Translations under genes and position numbers: made by a program
Shown: positions 1-11,000 of the stretch, piece by piece
Layout of the letters: every line of letters starts with the position of its first letter
Position numbering within the stretch: position 1 is the stretch's first letter
Assembly: GCA_051294375.1 (NCBI GenBank)
Contig: CM119263.1
Coordinates: 23,524,762 to 23,588,761 of the forward strand
Length of the DNA: 64,000 nucleotides
Direction of reading: 5' to 3'
From: Paraspadella gotoi
Lineage: Eukaryota > Animalia > Chaetognatha
Notes under the pieces: model-generated
What the model was told of the DNA's origin: nothing
What the model saw: the letters and a program-made list of their open reading frames with translations, nothing else
Databases searched by the model: none

Positions 1-1857
1 GTTTTTTTTCTCAATCATTTTTTTTCCCTTTATTCCTTTAATATCCTTATTCATGGGCGATTTTATTCTCTCTNNNNNNNNNNNNNNNNNNNNNNNNNAA
101 AAAACGAAGAAATGGTTGTAATCTCGAGGCGTTCAAACTGGGAGGAGCCAATTAGTTTTTCACCGACTTTTAAGTCCGTAAGCTTCACTCTTTCTCTCTC
201 TCCCCGTCTCACTCTCTGTCTTCCTTTAGGGAAATTTAATTATTACCACTTTTTTTGTCTTTCTCTGTCTCTCTCTCGCTCTTTCGAATAAAAAAGTAGA
301 CGATTATAGTTTTCTTTAATTGCTCAAGAGTCGCCGCAAAAATTGAAGTTACGCCGAGAGCGAATGATTGCTCGAATATATCTTAGTTAATCATAAGCGC
401 CCTCTACTGCGAGAGCTTCCTCTTCATCGAAGGTCGAACTCAAAGCGAACTCTTCCAGCGACAGGTGAAAGATTTGCTCGCTGGACAAAAGAACATCTTC
501 CGATTAAATGTCCGGAAAATTTTTTATGTTTTTGATCGAAACCGATATCAATCTCTCCGCCACAACCAGTCTCTTTATGTGGAGAGAGTTTGAAAATAAA
601 AATGCTCTCTCTTCCCGATGTTATAGACATTCGATCTGGGTTTATTCAAGATTGATTTTCTGTCTTTCAAATCGTCATTACTGTCAAGGCGTCGGAAAAT
701 TGATGACTTTCGTATGAGATAAGAAGAATTCCAACTTAATTGATGAGTTTTGTAATTTATCGAGCGTTGAAAACCTCTGTCTCTCTTTTCTTCCTCTTCG
801 ACTTTAGAATTTACTGGAGAAAAAGAAATTATTATCAATTGTTTTTTAACTTTTTTTTTAAAGAATCGATTTCAAAAAAACAAAAGAATGTCGAGATATA
901 ACGAGGACGATACCTAAATAGAGTTACAATTTTCGTAATCCTATGTTTTATATTCATAAATCTTAAATAAATCAGTTTTTGAAGTGGACTTTTACATGAA
1001 GTCATATTTGTTGTCTCTGGTTTATTTTTATAGCTATGTAAAATGTTTAGTAGCTATCTCTATTCCTGACATCAACAAAAGAACACGTCGTTTCGCGATC
1101 ACGTGAATTCTAAAAAAAAAAACTCTCGATTTCTAATTTTATTTTTTATATAATCACGTCTGCGAACCCAGAAAATATCTTCTTCCCTCTCTCGAACGAA
1201 ATCGCAGTTAAAAATCTAAGCGAGCATTTTGGGACTCGGCATTAACTCGGCGTTACGACGCTAATGACCGATTCGCAAAAAAAAAAAAAAAAAANNNNNN
1301 NNNNNNNNNNNNNNNNNNNNNNNNNNNNNNNNNNNNNNNNNNNNNNNNNNNNNNNNNNNNNNNNNNNNNNNNNNNNNNNNNNNNNNNNNNNNNNNNNNNN
1401 NNNNNNNNNNNCGCGATATGCAAATGAGATCGGAATCTCCGCGAATTATGAATCTCAGCTTCCAAGTTTCCTCATCAATCGGGATGTCATTACGAGCCGG
1501 CGGCGCTGCTGCCGTTGCCTCGGCCGCCGCCGCCGCTGCCGACGCCGCCAGCTTTTCCCGTTGCTTTCTCCGTCGTCGACTGCACCACTGAGGCGCCGAC
1601 GCAGCCGGGTCGGTCCGCCGGGTCGGTCCGCCGGATCGGCGTCGGGATTTAACGCCGGAAATGACGAGTCTTGCCGGCCTCCGTCGCCAGGGAGCCGTTA
1701 AGGGGAATGAAGGGGGGGGTTGGGGGGCGGTAGACGGCGATTCGCTTTGAATCAAGGGAAAAAAAAAGTATCGAAGTTTCAAAGGAATAAAATCAAAAAA
1801 TCTTCACTTCGTCGCTTTTGATTTTTGAGGTCGTAATTTTAGGAGGATGAAGGGGAA

Positions 1858-1859
1858 AG

Positions 1860-1938
<79 letters not shown>
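1858..1938. repeat. (AG)n microsatellite
   Basis: Near-perfect AG run; a degenerate AG tract follows at ~2225-2395. Confidence 0.95.
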
Positions 1939-1940
<2 letters not shown>

Positions 1941-3384
1941 GTTGAATTCGGCCGATTTTAATCCCCGTGGCATTATTTTAAAAATGTATCTTTTAGCTTT
2001 TTTATGTTAAAAGCAAAATATCACTTCTCTCGTACGTTCATTCTCAATATGGCGACCGGGCGAGCGGTGTGTCTGTTCGGAATAGAGGGGTGTGGGGCAT
2101 AGAAGTAGGGGCTCGGACAATGAAGCTAGGAGGCGAAGGATTAAAAAGAGGATGGAAGAGGAAAAACGAAGTCACGCAAATTTTAAATTTTTCAAAACTT
2201 TGACTTTCAAAAAAATTTAGAAAGAGAGAGTCAGACCGAGAAAAAGAGTAGAGTAAAAGAGAGAGAGAGAGAGAGAGAGAGGAAGGAGAGAGAAGAAAGG
2301 AGGAGAAGAGAGAGAGAAAGAGAGAGGAGGAGAGAGGAGAGAGAGAAGAGAGAGAAGAGAGAGAGAGAGAGAGAGAAGAGCGAGAGAGAGACGGAAGAAA
2401 GATTTTCAAATTATACTCGAAATGAGCAGAAGGCGGAAACTCATTAGCGAAATTATTGATATTTCTCTTCGCGAAAAAACCAAAGAAAATTCTAAATCTG
2501 ACTTTTCCAAGCGAAATATTTTTCGCAGTTTTTTTTTCTTTCTCTCATTTCCGGCTTCGCTCTTTTTCCGTGAGTATCGTTTTTTTTAAAAGAATTTTGT
2601 TTTGTTTTTGTTTATATTTTTTGTTGACTTTTTGTTTTCTTTAACGAGCCAATAATGAAGGAGACGCTAAGGAAAGGCTCCTCGCCTCGGTGGAGACTGG
2701 AAAGGATTGGATAACGAGCGACGTTCGATGGCATTTCAATGTCTTCGAACGGCGCTTCTATGCTGAAATGCCTTTGCCTTTTTCTTTCTCTCATTTAGAA
2801 GCCCCTTTTGGTAAATTTAGATTTATCTTTTTTAAAAACAATTTTAGTTTTAGATGGATGAGAAAGAAATTTTTTGTCTGTCCGTACAAATTTATCTAAA
2901 ATACTAGAGATATATAATTATATATCGACTTATTATATATCGACTTAAAAAAATCCTTGTCACTGAAAAGGAGCGAAGAATTGAATCGTCGAGACGAAAC
3001 AAAATGTAACTTATTCTAACGTCTAAGACAAGATCTCCCACGTCACGTGCTCTCAGAGTGACCCATCCCATAGTCCAAAGGTCACAAAGTTGCTGCTTCC
3101 AACAACACGGATCGGGTCAGGGTCGCTCACCAGCTACCGTCGCCAAAGTCAAATTCACTTCGCAGATTACGATTCAAAAATTAAGTTAGAATCGGAAGAA
3201 GAATCTAAGAGGAAATCGAAAAGGAAAAGATTGCTCGAGAAGAAGAAAATAAAGAAGAAGAAGAATTCCGATCGCGAATTTCAATATCGCCATCTGCCAA
3301 TAAAAGATAGACCGACCGAATTTATCGGCTACCAATAGATTGTGACAACATAGCGTGAGGCTCAGCGAGACGGAGTGTGTGTGT

Positions 3385-3481
3385 GAAGAGAAGAGAGAGA
3401 GAGAGAAGAGAGGAGAGAGAGGAGGAGAGAGAGAAGAGAGAGAGAAGAGGAGAGGAGGGAGAGAGAGAGCAGAGGAGAGAG
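3385..3481. repeat. Degenerate (AG)n/polypurine tract
   Basis: Direct reading. Confidence 0.9.
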
Positions 3482-3552
3482 CTTTGTGCCTTCGCGCGCA
3501 TTAGCAGAAAGATCTCAATGGGAAAACATCGGATATCAATGGCACGAAGTTG

Positions 3553-3558
3553 TTTATT
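3553..3558 (-). promoter_or_regulatory. Candidate polyadenylation signal (AATAAA) of the GPCR gene
   Basis: TTTATT on + strand, about 220 nt downstream of the GPCR stop codon. Confidence 0.4.
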
Positions 3559-3775
3559 GGATATTCAGCGAAGGCGCCCGAGCAAATCAAGGGCGAAACT
3601 ACGACGGTGTTGTATATAAAGAAGCTGAGGGCTTTAAATAAGAGAAGGGCTTGTATACATATCAAGAATATTTTACATCATCTTAAATATTCATGTCACG
3701 CTAAGTGAGAATGTGTTGGTCTTAATGGCAACTAATATATGAATACAATTATGTTAAAATAAAATAATGTCAAGG

Positions 3776-5803
3776 TCAAAGAACGGCGTCCGATTTTTTC
3801 TTCATTTTAACGACGCTGACGGAAACGGCGACGACGCGGAAGAGTTTTTTATCGGCGTTGCCGGCGCGCTCTTTCGGCTCTCGAACGTAAGTCGTCCTCA
3901 GAAAATAATCCTCGCCGATGTAAACCTCACCGTTCGTAGTCCAGACATCGGCGTCGACGTCGTCTTCGATCGTCGATCTCGATGAAGAGACGACGCGTGG
4001 ATCGACGCCGTTGTCGAGGTTGTCTTCAGCGAGGAAGCGGTCGACGAGCCGCTTCAGACGACGCCATCCTCTGGTTTGAAGAAAGCGACTCGATTTGGAC
4101 CGAAAAGTCGGACTCCTGCGTACGAAATTTACGAATTCAAAATTTAATCGTGAACCTACGAAATTAAAATTAAATTATGAATTAATTTTGCCAAATCGAC
4201 ATCCCTCATGACACACTTTTGACTAACCTCATTTCATCGGTACTCACTACATCCCACACCCACCCTTACCCTCACCTCGCTCCACAAAGGGACGCCGAAG
4301 ACAAGTGACGAAATCGAGTAAAACTTTCCAACCAAAACTCGAGTCTCCGACTTCCGGTGCGACAACCGCGCGCCAACGTCCACAAATGCAGCGTCGGTAA
4401 CGAAACCTGTTGAGAAAAGAATACACGTACATGTTGACTCTATTGTAAAATTACAAGTTTGTACTAGTTTTAATTTAAAAAAAAAACCTATATTCATTTC
4501 TATAGTTAGCTTATCGGTTTATATAACATAACAGTTAAATAAGCTAAAAAATTGTAATCCGTGCAAGTCTTCCGTTCATCTTGTACGGCGACAACAATCG
4601 ATCCTTCCCTTGACCCTTACCTCGGACACGCCCACGCACCATAGAGCGAGGTAAGTCCCTTTCGTCCGCGAAGTGAATTTGCGGCAAAATCCGACGACGA
4701 CGACGACGATAACGACAACAACAACGAGTCGTTGAATCCAAATCGGACGAAGAATCGTCTCGAAATCGGCGTCGCCGCCTTCAACGCCCGCGACGCCGAT
4801 TTTGACGCCGACGACGATCGGCGCCGCGAAAGAGATCGGCCAAAGAGCGGCGCCGAACCAGGAAACGAGCCGGCGATCGAGGCGAGAGGCGGCGCCGAAA
4901 AGGTCGCTGATGGAAGAATGAAAGGGGAAGCAACGCCGGGTTGATCGTCGCCGTCAAGCGGTGACGTCTTGTTTGCGTAACGGAATGGACCGATGACATT
5001 TGACGTTTGAAACGATGTCGACTACGACGACGACGATAAAAACTACGACGTCGATTTAACCATTTTTATTGAGTTTTTTCTACGGTGCAATAATAAAACA
5101 GCTAAAACTATAACAATAACAAATACAATAACAATATAAATACAGCCTTGATATAACAAAAAATGCAATAAAATTAATAATATCAATAATAAGGATATGC
5201 AACGAACGACGAACGTCCATTCATCGTTTACCTTTTTACCGCGAAAACCGACGTCAGCAAAAAAAGAGCGAGAGTGGCGTTCGACGCGGAAATCGACGCC
5301 GCCGTCAGCGAAATCGGCGCCGTCGTCGTCGATTCCGGAACCAAACGCGCCGCGATGACGAGAGGTGTCGCCGTGACGCAGCAGATGAAGTCGGCGATTG
5401 CAAGATGGCGTCGCAATGCGTCGACGATCCGTTCCGTCGAGTCTTCCTCGATCTTCAATTTGTTTTGCACGATCCCGATTGTCCTGGGTCCGTTACGTTT
5501 ATTATTGCCGCCATTTTCGCCGCAGCTTTGGCGGTTTTCGCCGCCGCTTTCGTCGTCGTCGTTACGAGACGCGCCGCGCCCGACGAGAGCAATGACGAAG
5601 GCATTGAGCGTCGCTCCGATCGAGGAAATCAGAATCGAAACCGCGAACCAAATCGCGTCCGAAACGACGAACGCGCATTCGGTGCCGAAAAAAGCGCCGC
5701 ATTGCGTGACGTCGTCCGCGTTGGTGGCGTTGTCGTCTGCTGAGGGAGCCGTCGTTGAGACGTAGGTCTCGTTGAGAAGAGGAGTTGTCAAGGAGGTCGC
5801 CAT
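3776..5803 (-). CDS. Divergent class A (rhodopsin-like) orphan GPCR, 4 exons: 5803-5232, 4906-4621, 4406-4276, 4115-3776; 442 aa
   Basis: Hand-spliced. N-terminus has N-glycosylation sequons (NET, NAT). TM1 SIGATLNAFVIALV; TM2 HLAIADFICCVTATPLV (LAxAD); TM3 ASNATLALFLLTSVFAV; TM4 WFGAALWPISFAAPIVV; TM5 RLVVVVVIVVVVVGF; TM6 TYLALWCVGVSEVSLPTLHLW; helix-8-like RSPTFR. Donors AG|gtaaac, AG|gtaagg, AG|gtgagg. Acceptors cttccatcag, tttctcaacag, ttcgtacgcag. Exon lengths 572+286+131+340=1329 nt keep one open frame to TGA. Confidence 0.8.
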
Positions 5804-7740
5804 TTTGAAAAAAGAAAACAAGAATTGTGCTTTAGACTAAAGTTTAGTGTTATGACGAGAAGAGGAAGACGACGAGGAAAGACAACGACGACAGCAACGA
5901 CGATTATCGCCGACGAAGATAACAACGAAAATCGAAGAGGATTAACCGAAGTTGAAACTCAGTTTCGGGAATTAATTCGACGTAAAAACCGCGGAACGAG
6001 AAGCATCTTGTGACAGAAACAAGGAACAGGAAGTTTAAGAAGTTGCAGCGCAATGACTATTACAGTATTACATAGATTAATCATTTGTTTTGTTGATTTT
6101 TTTTTCCAAGCCTCATTTCAAACCTCGATCGGATATTATAATTTATTTTGTACGACTCTGTTAATTTTACGAACTTCTCTGAGAATCGCAGTCGTTTTTC
6201 TGAAACCTTCTTACATTATGATACTATGGCAANNNNNNNNNNTAAAAAAGGAAAATTAACGATTTCTTCATTAGGCGCAGGATTCTTATTTCTTCCTGTC
6301 AAATTAATTCCTTCTTATCTGGTTTTCCCGCCATGTTGGTTGCCAAAGGCGGCTCTCCACTCCCCCCTCCTACGTTCTACCGTCTTTAAAGGTTTATTAT
6401 CGTTGCCTCCTGACAGTTCCGGGTTTTTTTTGGGGGGGGGCGGAATCTCAAAAACAAACTTATAATTTACGCGAAGGTGACTTGCACTCACTGTTTGATA
6501 ACAAAACGATCTGGTGGAAAGAATTGTTGAAAAATAGGCTAATTTAACAGGTAAGGTGCCTTCTGAAAGCTTCTGCAAGTGGGCAAGGAATTTTGACCGT
6601 TTTACTTGTGTAGCCTTTAATATTATTCAATTTACTTAACAGACGAACCCACCAACGTGGTTCACGTGTTCACTGTTTTGTTCAGTTGTTCATTCGAAGA
6701 CACTCAACTAAGTCTCAATGCTTTTCTTCGCTGCTTGTCTCTAAAACAGTCTCATTCCATTTTTTCCTAACGAACGAATCCAAAATTACAAACAAAAAAA
6801 AAAAAAGCCAAAAATTGCGAATTTAAAAAAAATTGTTATCACCTCATAATAAGAAATTATCGCGAAGTTACGGTTCGGAGCTCGTTTATACCATTTTTTT
6901 CCCACTTTTTTAATCCTTTTAACTTTTTTATTCAGGCGATTTTTTTTTTTAGCGATTGGAATTTTGAAAAGAGGAGAAAAAAAATATAATATTCCAAAGA
7001 ATCATTAGTGAAAGTATAATCCGACGCAGGCCGATAATTGAAGCGCGTCGTCGTTGTTGTTGTTGTGAACTGGATTTTTGGGCTTCGGAAACGTGGATGT
7101 TATTTGGGACGGAAGGGTTGGGGAGGGATAAAGTAATAAGGAGTATATATAATACATAATAAAAATGAATATGTAGACCGTAGATTTGGATAAGTTTATA
7201 AATAAATGGGAAGGTGGGGAATAAGAACGTTTCGGGGACGAAATGAGGTATAGAGTCAAAATTTATTTAAAGAAATGGTGTCTGCGTCGATTCTGAGGGG
7301 AGAAGAGGGGAGAAAGGGGGAGAGAAGGGAGGGGGGCGAAATGGCAAGAATTGAATGAGCGATGGAATCGCCTTCGTCCAATAATTATCGAATTTTGCGC
7401 GGCAGGTCTGCATACACAATTATTTCCATGCAATGTAACTATGTTTTACTGAAAAGCGATTGTGAATATGACGCGGCTAACGCGGCCGCCGCCGACGCTG
7501 CCCGACGCCGCGGCGGAAATCGGTTCGCCCAAGTCGCCGTCGTCCGCTGTGCGGCGGCCGCCGCGTTTGCGTGTTTAAGGCGGGGGGGGGAGGAAGGGGG
7601 GCGCACGCACTCTCGCTCCTGGCGCCGCCAAAACGCGCGCCACATAAACAACCCATGGAAATTGAACTATTTGGGCATGATTTTCATGGTGTCGTTATCC
7701 TGCAAATTTTTCGCGGCGTTTTAGTCGAACGATCGAGCGA

Positions 7741-7766
7741 CAGAGAGAGAGAGAAGGAGAGAAGAG

Positions 7767-7826
<60 letters not shown>

Positions 7827-7855
7827 GAGAAAGAAGGAGAGAGACGAGAGAAAGA
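7741..7855. repeat. (AG)n microsatellite
   Basis: Direct reading; source of the spurious RERE/SLSL ORFs. Confidence 0.95.
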
Positions 7856-8099
7856 GAAGTCTTTCGCGGTTGTTTTTACTTCGTCGTTTAGCGCCCGTTC
7901 GAAGGGAAGCGGAAACGCCGGGAGAGGGGGGCGTGAGGGGGCAGAGAGATCGTCTGTTGTCGTCAACTTGGTCCAACTTTCGGAGATATTTACTTCTCTT
8001 TTCCGGAAAAGTACTTCCTAGGGAGGATGTGGGAAGGAGATGAGGAGAGGAGGAAAGAAGAGAGGAGAGAGGAGAGATGAGAGAGAGAAGAGAGAGAGA

Positions 8100-11000
8100 G
8101 ATAAGAGGAGAGAGAGAGACGAGAGAATGATGATTAGGTTTAGAATCCGTGGGATGTCGGGGTGCTGAGTTGGAGAGAGAGGTGATGACGATGGAGTGAA
8201 AACAGAAGGAGGTGTACGGTTGAGAGAAGAACCATAAGCAGAATAGTGATGATTTGATTTTTAGTTTAAGCTAACTTCAATAGTAGAGATAGAGAAGAAT
8301 TCGTTCGTCATGTAGACTGAAAGAGTGCGCTATGGGCCTGTCAAAAAGAAAGAAGGCCAGGCATCTTAACAGATGTGCAGTAATCCGCTTCGGAAGAGAA
8401 AAAGAAGGAAACCGGGAAGTGGAGGGAATAATGAGATAGAGAGAGAGAGATACGCTTAGCAGGAGAGAGAGAGGATAGAGATAGATGAGAGAGAGAGAGA
8501 AGATGAGAGAGAGAAGTGAGATAGAGAGAGGAAGAGGGGATGATGAGATCTATTTTAATAAAGGATATGATCTGCGAGAAGAAGTTAAAAACGCAGATTG
8601 TTCAAAAAACAATTCTTAGTTTTATATAAGGTGCGGTATAACGTCTGAGGTAGGCAGTTCTACAACAATATTTTAATTCAGAACTGGATGTGTTATAATA
8701 GCTCGCTAATCATAGTGCCCGTCTTTACTTAATCAACGAAGTTAATGTTAAGGTGGTAGGTTTTACGGATAAATGGCTTGAGCAGTTTTATTGACCATAA
8801 GAATTCTCGTGGGGGTTAGATGGCATATAATAAATTATCAGAGACAAGATTACTCCACGAGAATTGTTAAGTTCTGTGAAAGTGTGTCGATAATGTTCGT
8901 CATATCTACATTATGAATAGTGTTTTCTTGAGGGTAACCCTCCTTTCTGAGTGGTGAAGAATCAGTAGCACGGATACAAAAAAAATAAAGGAGACTGGAG
9001 AAGCTAAGGTAGGGGAAGCGAACGTTTTTAAAAACCAGTAAAATGGAAGCAATTTTAATAACAATCGGTGCTTCAATCAATTCGCTTTCTGTTTTTTAGT
9101 TTATTCGAAGTGCTAAGCGAGAGAGTAATATTTTAAATTTTTATGATAATTACTAAGAATGAAGAAATAATATATTTAGTTCATGCTTATACGTGACACA
9201 GATAGTTATTGCAACGGTGTTTATACGTTAGTCCCTCCCCGAAATAATTTTCGCCGTACAAATCATCTAGGGTAATGAGAATTCTCCATAAAAAGGTTCA
9301 CTATGGTGCAATACCATTGAAATTCTTGTCTATAGTTCCTATGTACATGATTGTTTTTTCTGCATCTGCTAACCGTTGATATACATTTTTAGTATAGTTG
9401 TCAGCACGCGCTACGAGGAGCGCAAGAATTACTCGCGTGCAGCAACAAGTCACGCTATCTTTCGGAGAGAGAGCGCCGTGTCTGTCGCAGGAGACGAGAG
9501 ATTGCGGTATTGAGAGGGTAACTCGCGTCTGTGACCCCACTTACTGTTAATAAAGCATTATATTTGCTTATAGGTGATAATGATAATTGCTTTACATTTG
9601 TTCAAAGACAGAAAAAAAGCTTTAATACTTAAAGGACTGCTTGCGCCGCCCTTGCGGAAATTCCGTAAAAAACTATAAGAATAAACAAGATATAATGGAG
9701 AAAGTTTTAAATTGTGTTCAGAACGAATTTATTTAATTGATTAATACTTGGTACATGTTTGCTGGTTCGATTTTACGAACCTTCTTCAGCGCTAGTTTAG
9801 AAAAGGACAGTTTGTGAAATACCTGCAATGTATTTGGTGCCCATTAAGAAGGTATGAGAGAAAAGAGCGAGGGCAGTTTGACCAACACATAGTTGAGGAA
9901 GAGGACAGTGGTCAAATGTGTGAGGACAGCTAAGTTTGAGACAGAGATGATTGAATTTTGGAAAGGGTAAAAGTGAGAAATGGTGAAAAGAGCTAAGGGG
10001 AGGGGCGAGAGAAGAGAGAGAGCATTTAATTACATGTAGTATACAACGATGTACAAATAGTAAAAATTAGAGATGAGGTAGGCTAAGAGAAGATCAGTCT
10101 TTCTTGGTATAGTCGAGTTATAACTATTATTAGTACTTGCTCAAGTAAATTAAACTAATAAAGGTCTCCCTTCAATATCCATCCGCCCACTAGGTACTTA
10201 ACAAATTTTTAAATTGTGTTAATTGTGAAAATAAAATGAGCTAAAAATTTTTAAAATTATTTTTAAAAAAGAATGATAAATCAAAAATATAAAATACATT
10301 CAAATACATTCAATTAAAATATTATAATACAGTAATATTTGTTAATTTTACATAAACAAAAAAATTCAATTGAAAAAAATATAAAAAAGATATCAAAAAA
10401 ATGAAATTGTGTAATATTATGTAATCGAATTAAACTTTTTCATCTAAATATTGTATAAGCCCCCGATGTATCTCCGAATTAAAAAAATGAAAAATTTGCC
10501 ATTAAAAACCCCTCTCTTTAACGCATGTATATGAATTATAATAATAATTAACTACTCCCTCACGCCTTTGTTTATACTCACGGTGCTTTAACTATAATTC
10601 CATCATATAAAGTATTTAATTTTCACTTAAAACCATATAATATTAATACTCAGACAACAAGACAGGGGGAACTAAAAAGTGGCCGAAACTTGGGGCAAGA
10701 AAAATATTAAAAGAGATTCAGGCATACTGACTTTACTTATGTGACCGTACGTCACGCTTCAATATTACGCCCTCGCAACGTTTGTAAAAAAGTTATGGCT
10801 AAGAAGGGATGTGCCAGCTTTCTCTCTGTCTATTTCTTCTGCATTGTTTTCTCTTTCTCGTGCTTGCTCATTTTAAATGTAATTATGTCGCGCTTCTTTC
10901 TCTCTTTTTTCCGTCACGCAAACGTGTGTTGACTGCTGAGTCTTCCTGCAGTTCGATTTAAAACAAGTTCAGCTATGCAGCCGATGATCCTGTCCAGTCT

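Noticed and set aside
385-720. Non-repetitive, coding-like stretch near the window start
   Set aside because: Several short frames are open on both strands, with no recognisable motif or clear splice boundaries
3150-3163. 14-bp match CAAATTCACTTCGC shared in inverted orientation with GPCR exon 2 (~4668-4681)
   Set aside because: Too short, with no extension, TIR or TSD context; compatible with chance
5274-5765. Plus-strand 163-aa and 112-aa ORFs
   Set aside because: Antisense shadows of GPCR exon 1
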